A DNA stretch of 64,000 nt from Raillietiella orientalis (Eukaryota), in the NCBI GenBank assembly GCA_036172245.1, contig JAYWIR010000003.1:5890001-5954000 (forward strand), written 5' to 3'. Position numbers and translations under genes: made by a program. Under the pieces are notes generated by a model that did not search any database, had not been told where the DNA came from, and saw only the letters and a list, made by a program, of their open reading frames with translations. The stretch's first letter is position 1. Each line of letters starts with the position of its first letter. Below are positions 26,627 through 41,049 of the stretch, piece by piece.

Positions 26627-29600
26627 ATGGGTTCCGTGTTTCGAAGTGAAGAGCTGGTTTTGTATCAGCTGTTTTTGCAGAGTGATGCTGCTTATGCATG
26701 TGTTGCTGAATTAGGGGAACTCGGTTTGGTACAATTTAGAGATGTAAGTAAGTTTTTACTTATCTCTGAGCTTTCGGGATGTGTTTGTGTATTTGTGTTT
26801 TTTTTGTAGTGCTCACTTTAATAAGTGAGACAATTGATAACCCATTTTTCTCCTTTAGATCAACCCTGATGTAAATGCATTTCAACGAAAGTTCGTAAAC
26901 GAAGTTAGGAGATGCGATGAGATGGAAAGAAAATTGAGATTTCTTGAAAAAGAAATCCGCAAAGATGAAATACCCATGTTGAATGCTGGAGAAAATCCAG
27001 AAGCTCCCCAGCCCCGAGAAATGATTGATTTAGAGGTTTGATTATATATATATATTGTCTTCTCAGTCACAATTCCTGATAAGTACACTCAAGTTGATAT
27101 TAGAATATATTAGTGCACAGTACGTTCAATTCTGCTTAAATAAGCAAAACTATTAGTTGAAGATAATTATCTGTTATTATGTTAACGACTTGTTACTACA
27201 ATAACAATTACATTGTAATAAGGGCACATCTGTAAGTGCACATGCTGTACACTTCCTATTCAGTGGATAAGGTTGGTAAGTTCATTTCAGAAATGAGGCT
27301 CTGAAATTTTCCTGTGATCATTGTTTTCCTGAAATTCTTTTTAATAATTTGTTTGGTGAATACACTTTGTTGTTAGGTATTTGTACTGCATAGCTATAGG
27401 CATGTATATATCAACAGTTTTAATAATTTAATGAACTGTGATTCGTAAAGTACTAAAAAATCGAACTTCTTGAGTTTCATCACGTATCTTTAAGAAAAAG
27501 CCATGAAGCTAAATTTTGAATTTCAAATTACATTTAAAAAGTTGAAAAGTATATTAAATGCATAGTGTGTATGAAATCCAATTTGAAGACCATCGGATGT
27601 AATGCATTTATTTTATGTAGTATATTGTTTAGCGTGATTAGAATTTTAGCGTTTAGTTGATTAAGTATATCTTTTATTACTTTATATTCAACAAATATCA
27701 AGAGATGCAAGTAGGAAACATTACATAAAGCACAAATGGTTTCCAGGTCAGTTACTGTTCTTAAATTGTTTAAGGATTACAGAGCGAATATACAAATCTG
27801 GTAATAGACGTGTAATGCAGCATACCAAAGTTTCTCATGCATTAGATTCATGAACTCAAAATAGTAGGAAAGAAAGTAAATGTTTTGGATAGCAAATATA
27901 AAACCTTTGGTATTGTATCCAGAATTTGGAAGGCATTTTAAAGTTAGATTTATTTTAGAACTGGTTGCTTGTTTTAAATTATGAAATGTTTTAAGTTTAT
28001 AATTAGATTTGTAAACATTACTTGTGTTAGTGCACAAGTGTTTGCAAACATAAATTTAATGTTTCCAGTAGAACATGGAATTACAATTTGATTTATAGCT
28101 TATGGTTGTTGGTGTTTGCAAATAAGTAGAACATGTTAGTGCAGTCAGCAAAGCAATCAAACCATTAGTCAAGAATTATTTTGCCTGAATAGAATATATA
28201 ATTCAGATGCATTTGATTTAAGTAGACTGATTAAGTAAGCAACAGAACTTTGTGTTGTTTGTTTATTGCCATATATGGGATCTGAAGATCAGCAATTTTC
28301 GTTTTTAGAGGTGTTACGACAATGAAATATGAATTAAGGAGTGAGGAGCGTGAAATTTGATATTTTTTCAGATTTTCCGATCCTTATCTTAAACAGTTTT
28401 TGAAATGTTCATAGATTAAAACTCAAGTTAGTCTATTTTTTTAACTGATGCTATTGATCAGTTTTCACATATCTTTTTAAAACATTTATCATTATTTTCA
28501 TTATGAACAAATATGAATTGTATTGAAAAAAGTTGCCCCTGGTATTCATTTTTATTGTGCATTTTAAGATTATGTATATATAATTGGTAATTGGGATGTG
28601 GTTTATTATCCTAGAAAACTAAAGAAGGATATCCGAATGTGTAGAAGTTGTCTTGAAGTAAAGTGAATGAAAAAAATTGAAATTTAGAGAAATCAATTCG
28701 TGTAAGTCGTTCCATTTATGCATTACAAAACTTTAAGGATGAGATAATTTTAAAACGTCCAGAACAAATGATAAAAATTATCAAACCTGACTAAGTTGAC
28801 TGTATAATATGCAGTTTAATCACCTAATAAAAAGCCCTTAAAATCGTAAATGCAATGCCATTTTGATGCATCAGTTTGTACTTTTGTTTTCGAAGTCCGA
28901 AAGTTTACAGTGCAGTGTAGGGAAACCAATTGTTTTAATCAGGTTGTGAAATTTTCTTATCAACACAAGATTTCATGTAATGACTTTCAGACCAATTCAG
29001 TAGCTTAAAGGTGAAAATTGTACTTAACACAATCTGTCATTGACAAGCATAACGGTTTATTAATATCTAAAAACAGACATCTCCAGGATAAACCAGATAG
29101 TCAGCATTTTGAAATTTAAAAACATTCAGCTGTTAGATCAGAAATTGTGTTGAATGTTCAAAGATTGAAAAATAGAAGTAATGAAAAATAGGAGTACATG
29201 AAAATACAGTAAATATAATGACAAATATACACAAAAACAAATTCATACCATTTATATAAGAAATGTAGAAAGGAGAAAGAATCTTGGAAAAAAATAGGAA
29301 AGTTGCAAAAATATACAAATAGTGGATCAAAAACAGTAGCAGATGCCAAATAAATTATTTTTTTGCATTCCTAAAACTTCTGGTATTAGGAATGCAAAAA
29401 TTCATTAATATTTAGCATGCATTTGATCACAATTAGTTATCCTGTTTTCACTGCTACTATGGAAAGTCAATCAATTTCCCATATGTCAGATGTCATTAAA
29501 CCAAATTTCACCTAACAATGACGTTAATAAGATTATTGTTAATGTTTCCACAAGAGTTGAAATATGTAATAAAGAAGGCTCCTTAACAATGTAAATGTTC

Positions 29601-32600
29601 TATTGGATCTGCATGCAAAGAAATAAAACACAATTCCTTTTTATTTCTAATGTTAGCATACATTGCCACAAGTTTTTGGACTTCATGCATTACTTCAGGA
29701 AATGTTTACATTTACAGGCCACATTTGAGAAGCTTGAGAATGAACTGAGGGAGGTCAATCAAAATGCAGAAGCACTCAAAAGAAATTATTTGGAATTGAC
29801 GGAACTAAAGCATATTTTAAGGAAAACACAAGTGTTTTTTGATGAGGTAAGACTGAATGATCAGATACCAAATTTACTGGCATTATTTCAAATCTGGATC
29901 TTCATAATGGTGATATTGAAGAGTGGAGATTTTAGTCTTATTATTTGGTGAGCTGTTCATGGCCAGGTCACAGTTATCTTTGTGTGGCTGTGGACAAATA
30001 ATTATTGTGTGTACTTTGATCTTTGCATTTCAAGCATTTAAAAAAAAACATTTTTGGGGGGGTATCTTTCAGAAAGGAGTGGTCAAGGGATTGTTTTCGT
30101 GTTACTGGTATTATCTGAACTCTAATTTTGTGTGCCCTCTATATTCTTGCTTTTGTATGCATGTGATTTGTAATAGGTGTGCCTTAGGCTGTTGCATGAT
30201 GTTTTGAGAAAGTTTTGGATTGGGGGTTGGGATTTTGTAGCATGAAAAAATGTTGAGGTTGGATCATTATAAATCTAGTGCATGACCCTTTTGAGGACAT
30301 AATTTTTTGTGTTATCTATCAGGTGGGAATTTATGGGGAATACAAAATGTGTTTCCCTTTCCATCAGCCAAGAACTGATCAATTGGAAGAAGAACTGCAC
30401 CTTTTGGAAGAGCTGTTTCCCAGCACATCCTCAGAGCACTTGCGGTTAGTTATTCGTTTCATTTTGGCTTTTTTTAGCATCAGTACCATCAAGATATGCA
30501 CCCTGGCTTAGATTGGCATTTTGGGATTAAAGGATGTTATTTGCTATGTTATCAATGAGATGCTTGAATCAAATGCATTAGCCATATTTCCTTGAATGAT
30601 TTGTAATGTGCAAATATGTGATGGCTGTTTCTTCAACTGTGTTTAATGCTGCTTGTCTCTGCTGGTTTCCGTACTTTGCTATCAATGTTCTTGTAGCTAT
30701 CTGTTTTTTGTGTTGGGTGATTAGGATCATTACTTTCATGCAGATTAGCTGCATAACGGTCTGAGACGATATAAACTGGCCTTGTTTGGCATATTGAGAG
30801 TTGAGGAGGATAAGCTTGCGTTCTAGTAACTGGGAGTGGCGCACAGCAGGTAGTGCTATGATGTCTCCTGTGCTTGTAGCGTGAAGGGACTTTGGATGCA
30901 GGGGCTGTTGACTCCAGCATGACACGACAATTGCTGGTGACAGAGAGTGGGGCAGGACAGTCTGGTGGGGCGGTGCACACCAGTGCAGCAGCTACACAAC
31001 TCGGGTGTGTATCAGCTGCTTTCTTTTTCATGCATTTCTCGCTTTTTCCTATTTTCTTATCTATCAGCATGTTTTGAAATGCAGGAAAAGTGATTTGTGT
31101 CTTCAGATTTGTAGCAGGAGTCATTTTGCGAGAACGTATTCCAGCATTTGAGAAGATGCTATGGCGCATTTGTCGGGGAAATGTACTGTTACGCCAGAGC
31201 GAGATTGAACAGCCCTTAGAAGATCCTGTCTCAGTATGTTGACAAACCTTAACAGCAAAAGATCTAATAGATTTTTTAAGGGTGTTCAAGTTCACAAGTC
31301 TGTTTTCATCATCTTCTTTCAAGGAGAACAACTGAAGACGCGAGTAAAAAAAATTTGCGAAGGTTTCCGAGCTACTCTTTTCCCTTGCCCAGACACTCCA
31401 CGAGAAAGACGAAGTATGGCTATGGAAGTAATGAGTAGACTGGAAGATTTAAATACGGTATTTAAATCTGATATAATGTGTGCAGTTAATTTGGGGTATT
31501 TCAGGTGCTTGGACAAACCCAAGACCACCGACACAGAGTGTTGGTAGCAGCAGCAAAGAACATCAAGAGCTGGTACATTAAAATGGGAAAAATTAAGGCT
31601 ATTTATCATACCCTTAATCTGTTTAACTTGGATGTGACACAGAAATGTCTAATAGCTGAATGCTGGATTCCAAAGGCTGACTGTGAAATTATCAAATTGG
31701 CCTTACGCAAAGGCACAGAATTAAGTGGCAGTTCAGTGCCACCAATCCTTAACAAAGTAGAGACAACAGAACAGCCACCTACATATAATCGCACCAATAA
31801 GTTTACATATGCATTTCAACAATTAGTGGATGCCTATGGGGTGGCTTCCTACCAGGAAGCCAATCCAACACCTTTTCTTGTCATAACATTCCCTTTCTTA
31901 TTTGCTGTCATGTTTGGTGATGCAGGCCATGGTCTCATTATGTTTTTGTTTGCTGCATGGATGGTTCTTCGAGAGAAAGCACTTCAGTCACAAGCATCCA
32001 CTAGTGAGGTGATGTTCAAGACTTTGATATGATTGTGTTACAATTCCATTGTAGATATGGAACATGTTCTTTGCAGGACGTTACTTGCTGCTGCTCATGG
32101 GGCTGTTCTCCATATACACAGGACTATTATATAATGATATTTTCTCCAAATCTCTCAATATTTTTGGGTCATCATGGTATATCAATTATGAGTAAGACAG
32201 TTGCATCTTAAGGCTGCTACCTGGAGTTAAATGTAATTTTTTTCAGTCAAAAGTTCATGCAAGATTATAAAGTATTGCAACTCAATCCTAATGGATCCGA
32301 CTATTATCAAACTCCATATCCATTTGGCTTTGACCCCGTTTGGCAGCAAGCTGAGAACAAAATTACATACCTCAATTCATACAAGATGAAAGTATCTGTC
32401 ATTTTGGGACCCGTTCAGATGATGTTTGGTGTTCTGCTCAGTTTATACAATTATCGTTTTTTTCATCAGTCTCTTGATATCATTGGCAACTTTATACCTC
32501 AGTTACTATTTTTAGTTTCCCTTTTTGGTTATCTTATAGTACTTATTTTTAACAAATGGATCGTATATTCTGCTGCTGCTCCCAACCCGAATTACTTACC

Positions 32601-33364
32601 TCTTTGTGCTCCTTCTCTGTTGCTTACTTTTATCAGTGTTGTACCTCTTTTTCAATTACCAACTCCTTGTGGTCCAATATTTTGGGGACAGCAGCAGTTG
32701 CAATATTTCTTATTTGCAATCATTCTTGTCTGCATTCCTTGGATGCTGCTTACAAAACCTCTGCTCATTTTGTTTTCTCGCCGTAAGAAGCAACGTGAAG
32801 TGAGTAGTTAAACACTTGAGGAAAAACTTGATACCAAAGAAAAAAATGTAGGCAGTGAAACCACAGCTTAACGGAAGTGCTGATGAAGTGCTGTATCGTG
32901 ACTCTGGAGCAGCTGTTAAAGCCAAAGAAGAAAGTCTTGGTGAACTATTCATTCACCAGGCCATCCACACCATTGAGTTTTTTTTGGGTGCCATATCTCA
33001 TACAGCATCATATTTGCGATTGTGGGCCCTATCACTGGCCCATGCCCAGCTGTCAGATGTGCTTTGGACCATGGTTATGCGTAATGGACTTGGTGGCAGT
33101 GATTGGATTGGTGGCATATTCCTATTTTTCGTTTTTGCAACCTGGGCTTTTCTGACTGTCGGTGTGCTCGTACTTATGGAGGGTTTATCGGCTTTTTTGC
33201 ACACACTACGTCTTCATTGGTAAAGAGAGACTATAATATTTCAGTTAAAAACCGTACTTTCCAGGGTGGAGTTTCAGAACAAGTTTTATATGGGCAATGG
33301 ACATATTTTTACACCCTTTTCATTTGAAGTTATATTAGAAAATGCGAGATTGCCATTTAGTTAG
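26627..33364 (+). CDS. ATP6V0A1: V-type proton ATPase V0 subunit a (~821/837 aa); exons 26627-26743, 26859-27035, 29718-29846, [30368-30444 or 30880-31004], 31107-31233, 31281-31457, 31505-32008, 32055-32191, 32247-32799, 32852-33219, 33265-33364
   Basis: [89 protein letters not shown] (essential Arg); [11 protein letters not shown]. All junctions are GT-AG and in frame. Assignment to a1/Vha100-1 is from recalled similarity. Confidence 0.97.
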
Positions 33365-36300
33365 CACGTTTTTTGTTTTATTTATTTGGTAAAGCGTGTG
33401 TTACAAATAGTGAATCACATAAGTAGATGAGAATATATGTCTTAATGAAGTGACGCAGGTTTTTGATTATTACATCTGTTGCACCAAATATATATATATT
33501 CCCCCCTCCTCCCCCTTTTTCGTTTGAGAGGAACGTTTTTCAACCACGCGAATCCATAGCAAATGTTCTCTCCAGCCACACCATTACTTCTGTGCTACTT
33601 TTGTGCGCAATGCGAACAGCGAAATGAAACGTACTGATCTTTGGAGCGAAACTCGTGAAAGTAGGGGTGCACTAAATGAGCACTATCGTAGCATATCGAG
33701 ATTTCGCACGAGGTGAACACTTCTGCCTTCTGCCGTTGCAGCAGAAGTGCAACGTACGGAAGAAGCATTGGAAGTGGACTGAACCATTTCATGAAGGAAG
33801 GGGGTCCGTACAGGGATACCACCACTACACATAGAGAATCGGAAGTTTTGGAAAATCCAGCTGTGTATGCAAGAGAATCTACAACGCGATTGCCCCATTC
33901 TAAAGAACGTGTTTAATTAAATTGGACTAGTTGGTTGGAGTTCCTTGCTTTTGTTTTCTGACTTTGCATGATCTTCAGGCATAACTGAATGACCTTTTTT
34001 TTTTTTACATAAATATAAATTACCCTTTAAATATAAAACCCTTTAAATTACCCTTCAATTTCAAATAGTGAGTCATTATTCAACTGTGCCTACAGGACAT
34101 CTGAAAAACTGTATCGAACTTTATTAGATGTTCCCTTGCGATAGGTCCACGCATAGGAAAGTAAAGTTTTCAGATGAAATTTTTTTTAGGTTTAAGCCTT
34201 AGCGCTAGAGAAGCCCTCGTGTCAGCCCCTATGCGAGTAGTCCAAGGAATAAAGCACAAAGCAATAGTTCTAGCGGGATCGATACTTTGCTGTGCCAAAT
34301 GGCATGTGTCCAATATGTGAAAAAGTCATCTTCGATTCGATCTAGTCTTCGATTTTCTTTGCTTATACTTAACAGGGAACTAGTGTTTGAGATGCACAAC
34401 AGAATTATCCCGCAGCCAACCAGTTTTGCATTTTCGGTTGATACATTTGATCAGACAATGTTTCATACAAATGAAGGATCATTAGAAAAGTCACTGCTGG
34501 ATTTTCAAAAGCTACCTAGGTTTAAAGTGTTTCTTTCTTAGGGTGCACAGTGAGAGTTTGATTTCTACATAAAAGTAATGGTTTAGTGAATCCTCTGGTC
34601 ACTACGGCCTTTTTCTTTTTGATGCCACAAAATGTCGATTTCTGCCCTTGCTGTTGCTTTCGTGCATTTCGCAGACCTAGGAAAAGCGATTTTCGCGAAG
34701 CCTTCGCTCCGTGCTGATCAACATGGTCTTGGACCATGCAGTTCGATCGACTCTGATCTCTTTGCAAAGAGGCCAAACTGCTTGTCCTTGGTCTTCCATT
34801 CGTTCCAGCCCTTCGTCATGCCCTATTTTTCTCTTGCTATTTGTCACGTCTTTTTCCGGCGACACCTGACTTGCCTGGGCCTACAGCAGACGACCATGTG
34901 CGAGTAAGAGTACCTGTGAGAGGCCATGGGCAGCAGTCAATCTCGAAACCGGAGGGGGGAATCAACAGTGCTAACCAGGCATGCGTTGTCGGCTCGCCTA
35001 AGGTCCATCAGCTCCCCGGGACCCCAGCTAACCCCACGATCCCTCGTGTCACGGAGATGCGTGAATCCCAGATCCCGAATCAGTGACTGCCTTGTGCTTT
35101 TAGAAATTCGCTCCTACCAAGAGCGTTGAGGACAGTGGACTGTTCCCTGCAAAGGTACGAAGTAGGATTTTCAAAATTTCACTCGCTCGGTAGCAGATGA
35201 ACTCCATTTCCGTGTACTGTTGGCCTTTCCCATTCATCTCCATCTTTACGTAAACATGGTAGCGGAATTTTTTTTTTTGTTCACATCCGGAAACTACCCT
35301 AAATGAATAACCATCTAAAATATTCAAAGGACGGCAGGTGATCCGTTTTTTTGTTCTCTTCCTTGAATAGTCAGCTATCTCCAAACTAAGAATCAAGACG
35401 GTCCCCACTCGAATTACTTGAACGGATAGGAAATTGTAACCAGTCACATTGTTTGCATCTTTGTCTTTCATTCCATAGCATGTATCAAAGTCTCTTATGA
35501 TAATTTAAACTTTAAAGAAAAAAAAACATATGAAAGCACCAGGCGACAAAAAATAGCGGCCTAGATGAAAGTTGGAAAGCGTGAAGAAAACGAGACCGCT
35601 GTAGCGGGCATGCTGCAAAACTTCAGTCTTGAGAAAAGGTGAGTATATTTTGTGAAATCGAACACTTGAAATCAAATATTTGATTTCACTCATGATTTCA
35701 CTCAAGATGTGGTTCGGCAGCTTCTTGCTAGAGAATTATTAAAATCACTTCTATGACTCCCATTTTGTACCTTTTTAATGTTCTTCCTTGCTCGCTTTCG
35801 AGTTTGCTGACATCCTCAGGAATGCACGAATGTACGTACGCAACTCTACAGCATTATTAAATGCGAACTGCTGCTCCAATTTCACTAGAGTAACTTGGGA
35901 TCCTCGGAGACTTTCACGACTTACATCCTCGTAGGCAATCTTTTTACTACACCTAGTCCTGATGCAAACATACATAAGCTTTTTTCCTTAACGATAAATG
36001 TGAAATCAGCGTCAACTAACTTTACATTCCATGACAGATCCAGTGCTACGTCCGCAAACATCTTGACAGTGCCCTGAACTGCGACGAACCATAGGTGGGG
36101 GGGGGACAAGGTGCACTCCCATGGAGCACAATTGTACATGGTTACTTGTACTTACCTAAATTGCAATGCTATGTGGGTGTTGTTTTCTCCTGAGGATTCA
36201 GGATTTTTATTTGGACAAAACTTCGGAAAAGTCGAAAGCACGTCCGCACGAGACACCGAAGACACATAAACACCCAGAGAAATGTTTTACTGATCTATCC

Positions 36301-39209
36301 ACCTGTCTTAACCATTACATCCAGCTAGAAATTGCTTGTTGGTAATTTACCCATTTTCCTATCATTAATCAAAAATGAGAAATTATCGAAAGACTCAGCG
36401 ATGTACTGCAGATGACGCTCGGTAAAGGACATTATGCTTCCTTTTCCATCTTCGATGAGACACGAATTGCATTTCGAATTTACGCAAAGACAACTCAAAT
36501 TGATAAATGAGACTCAGCAGGAACAATGAAGAGCACATGTGAAAAATCCACCTTGACAGAAATGCAAAGCACCATTAGTTATTAGTATCAAAACCATATC
36601 TAGTAAACTAAATATAGGTGCGAAATGACTACGGTTCGAAAGAAACACAAACTTCTTGAGACTTCTCCTGACTGAATCAACAAATTCAGTGTGAATTCCG
36701 TATTTTGTGAGCTTAACTAGTGGTACCCTTGCTCTGTTGCACGCTTGATACCTGTTCGTCTTGCGAAATCCTGTCTTTCCGAAAAATTTGCCTACCAATT
36801 GGGGGTACTCTGTGTTAAAATTTAGAGAAATTCAGCAAAGTACAACGAGCAGGTTTTGTTTTTTTTTTTTGGGTAACTTCAGCACACCTCCATGTAGAGG
36901 GGGCGGGAGTGGGATGCGGTTGGTATTCTTCACAAGTATTATGCAACTCTTGCGTTTCCTAAACTCATAGCGTCTGGAACCGATCTACGCCTTCGATTCC
37001 TTCTGATCTTTGGAATCCACCTGTAATCGAAAGACGCGAACCTTTGTCTCCAAGCAGTCCTAAATTGCATTTTGTATTATCGGATTATGATAAACGAATG
37101 AGGCTGAAGATCGCCAAACGTGCCCAACATATGTGCTTTCCACCTCGCATCTGCGCCGATTTCCAGCGAGCAGTTTCTCCACCTCTCACGTGTTTCATTC
37201 AAACAGAAAAGCTCTTTTCATTTAGCCCTGCCCCGGACTGACCTCGGACTGAAATGGTTTTCCTAAAACTAAAAAGACTTAACGTAATTTCTTCGACGCT
37301 CACTTCAAACGCGCGTTGGGCGGAAGCATTCTGATGGAATCGTCTGCACACGGACCATGTGGCACGGAAAACCCTGGCAAATTAAAGTGCTGAAGGGCCC
37401 TTTCCGATTCTCGATGCAGGAGTTTGGCTCCAGAAACAAATTGGAATGAAATGCAAATGGGAATCGAGTTCCCGAGACGGCAAAAGTTGGGTCTCCTGGA
37501 GCAGTAAATGACTTTGGCTCCGGGAGTAGGGAAGTCGAACCAAGTGGATGGTCCGAAATCATTAAGCCTACCATCTGCGAGCTGCAAGAAGTGATTTGGC
37601 TTTTGCTTCACCGATTTTACGTATAGGAATCTTTTCTGTTTCTTTTGTCGGACGGAGCACGGCTTTGGAATATGCAATCACTTATTCTTTGCAGTTGTTC
37701 TGCCCTCGTGGAACACTGTGAGCAGTGTTCAAACATTACACATGCGCAAGAAAATAATTTTCGGTGCACTTTCTTTCTTTCCGTACACATTGCATTCCTC
37801 GCCAAAATGCCAATTTGTTTGTCTGTAGACATTCCGGCTGGATATAGGGTCAGGCAGGGGGAGGCTAAGAGTGGTAAAGCGGTAAGGGAGATCGATGGTT
37901 TTATAATAGAAACTACCTTATGTAAAATACATTACCTGTATGGCTGTTCATAGGAATAGGGGAGAACGGTGTTACGTCTGTGGAATTAGTTTTCCCTTTG
38001 TTTTGTTTTTGGAAAAAAAAAAAATACAACTTGCACGTTGTGGCTGATTCCTGAGTTCTGGCTGAGGGCTTCTCTCCAAAGCTCATAGTCTTGATCTACA
38101 AGTCTTATAAACGAAATGTTTATTTCATTCATAATTAAGATTTAATTAGTGATTTACACTAAGAAAGTTGACTGATTTATATACTGTTAATGATTTATAC
38201 CAGTCCTTCTAGCAAATATATCCATCCAAGTCACCTTTATTTCTTGCTACATGCTTCCATTTTGAAGTTCTTAATGATGGTTAAACCATATTTCTTCAAG
38301 ATTTGCAAAAATCTTTTCTGCTTTGCAACAAAGTATTCTCATTGAAACATCTAAGCATTACTTATTCCATGCAAAACTGCATTACAATTTAATGTGGAAT
38401 CTGATGTTATTCCAGATTATATATGAATTTAGTACATTCTCTCTCATTCTTATGCTTACACAAATGCACAAAAGAATAAGAAAGCAATTCCTACAGTATG
38501 TACCTTAGGCATGAAAATGATTAATTATGCATGACGTAAATGCATTTGTACCCCATCACATAACAAAGAATGGAAACCAATCAGCTGAATATACCAACTT
38601 ACAAATCAAATTTGCTGCAGAAATTGCAAACAGCTGCTGCTAAACATTCTGCTTACTGATCGATTCACAATTTTATATGCTTAAACTTTTATTATTGCAC
38701 CACAGTAATGGTTTCCTACCTTAAACCAATGATCTCCTTTATCTTCTTCACTTCTATCATCATGTTTGTGTGTATCACATTTTGAAAACAAAACAAAAGT
38801 TCAAAATGAAAGATCAACTGCTGTCTACTACCACTATCATAATTTGTAAGCTGAGTACAACTGCAGCTAGTACAAATAATATAAATTATATTTGCACATC
38901 TTAAAAAAATTCAATTTTCATTCTGTCTAAAGATGCATGTCAAATGCAAGCACCCTACTTGCATTCCATATAACTCTGAAAAGAATCATAACCAAGATGC
39001 TGATTCACCCCACTTCCTCAACAGTGCCACATTAAACATTTCCACATTGGAGGGCACTTATATATTTCAGTATCTCCAATACCAACAGTGCATCTCCAAA
39101 TTGGAAGCATCATCACACAACGTTGCTTTAGTGCTGCTTCCCATGAAAGTAAGAGACAATACTGTATCTCATAGATCTGTCACAGCCTAAGAGTTATCCT
39201 GCTACATCA

Positions 39210-41049
39210 TTAATGATATGAAGTGCAGCCATGGGTTGTAATAGACTCCAGCTGCCGCCGATACTCAGCAGCTTCTGTCTCTTTGCGGCGGAGCTCCTCC
39301 CGGTAGCGATCCACCACTCGGCGGGCTTCTTCCAACTGTTTAGCTAATTCTTCCTTTTCCATGTGCTGGACATTTAAAACCTTATTGGTACTTGATGCAG
39401 ATACATTTCCAAGGCAAAGCAAGTTTTCTATCTTCACTTTTTTGACAGCAGGTTTGTCAAGTATATGGTTTCCAACAACAATGGAACCCTTTTTAATACC
39501 AGTTAATGCAGCCAGCTGCTCTTTTGTAACAGAGATGACTTTCACAGACTTGGGTTTTGGACAAGGTGCATTTTCAGATGACTTATGTAAGAGAATTGCT
39601 CCTTCTGCAGGTGGAGTTTGCACTTTCAAGGCTAGTTTCCCTGCTTCTAGTGCAAAGTCTGCCTGTTTTTCCCAGCATCTCCCGCCCACCTGTCAGTGTG
39701 ATACGACGACCAGCATCCAACGCATTGCTCACCACTGATGATGTGTCAACAGGAAGGAGGGTGATTCCATGAGCCTCTAATAGCTTCATGCCCACTGTTT
39801 TCCTTTCATTGTTATCAGTATTCTGCTAATATGCATTACCTGTTTTAGTATCTGCTGACTGTTTTGATGTGCTTGTATTGTTACTGGGAGGAATCATTCC
39901 TTGATGATGCACAAGATGTTCTTCTCCAGGTAACAAAGCATCTTCAACATTCTTCAAGTAAAATGATTAACTGTCAAAATTACCTAATGAACTCGTCAAG
40001 CCTTCGCTAAGAATACTTTTTACTGCTTCATCTGCTGCTGAAAAAGTTCTGTTGATATTTTCTTGTTTGCTAGAACTGGGAATTTGAGTTTGGTATTTTG
40101 CTGCATCCTACACATTTCTGAGTTTTGTTATTTGCATTAAGCACATTACTCACTTGCAAAATATGCACAATATCCAATCGATTTTTATCAAGAGCAATAT
40201 CTATTGGAGTCTTTTGGAATTTACTAAGTACTGAAGTTTCTCCGCCATGTTTGAGCAAAGATTCAACAATAACCGGGTGTTCCCTATCAACTGCCCAGTG
40301 TAAAGGAGTCATCCTGAGCTACAAAAACATATAAGAGAGCAGCAACCAGTCAAGAACGCTTTACCATGTCTCTTGCATCAACATCAGCTCCATGAGCTAA
40401 CAACAAATCCACAATTTCTATATACCCTTCCTGACATGCAAGATGCAAGGGTGTTTTGTCTACTTTAGATCTTCCGTCCCGACTAATACCAGCTCTCAGA
40501 AGCAGAGAAACTATTTCGCTGTGTCCATTCATAACAGCAAAATGCAGGGGTGAATTACCCAACTATACAAACAATACTTTCAGAAAAATATGCCCGATGA
40601 TAGTCCCAGAAATTATGCTTACACGTTTACATACACTAAATTGATTTATATTCAAATCGTACAATAATGCTTTGGAAAACTTTATTTAAATAGAACTCAC
40701 ATCGAATTAAATGACTGTTAAATGTAATATTGGTTGAAATGGCTACATTAAAATAGCATTTGATATACCCAATCCGTAGTAAACGGTGCTCCTTTATTCA
40801 TCAAATTCCGTACTTCTTCTGCTTGACCATCTCTGGCTGCTAATAATAACTGTTTCCCAAAATCCACTAAAGTGGGATTACTAGTTATTAAGGGGGATGA
40901 TAGGGATGGCACAACAGTATAACTTGATTCCGTTTGTACTTGCGCATACTTAGGAACTCTTATCTAAAACCATTCAAAGACACATTAGATTCACAAACAC
41001 CGGAAACGTAATGTACAGCAAAAGGGAAGTTTACCACCGGATGAAGCAT
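39210..41049 (-). CDS. GABPB: GA-binding protein beta chain (ankyrin repeats plus C-terminal coiled coil, ~446 aa); exons 41049-41035 (tentative), 40963-40769, 40562-40365, 40318-40154, 40107-39984, 39941-39840, 39794-39690, 39646-39210
   Basis: [111 protein letters not shown]; coiled coil [18 protein letters not shown]. Confidence 0.93.

Noticed and set aside
30478..30560. Third alternative V-ATPase exon ([13 protein letters not shown]...)
   Set aside because: An acceptor is present but there is no convincing phase-2 GT donor before the in-frame stop.
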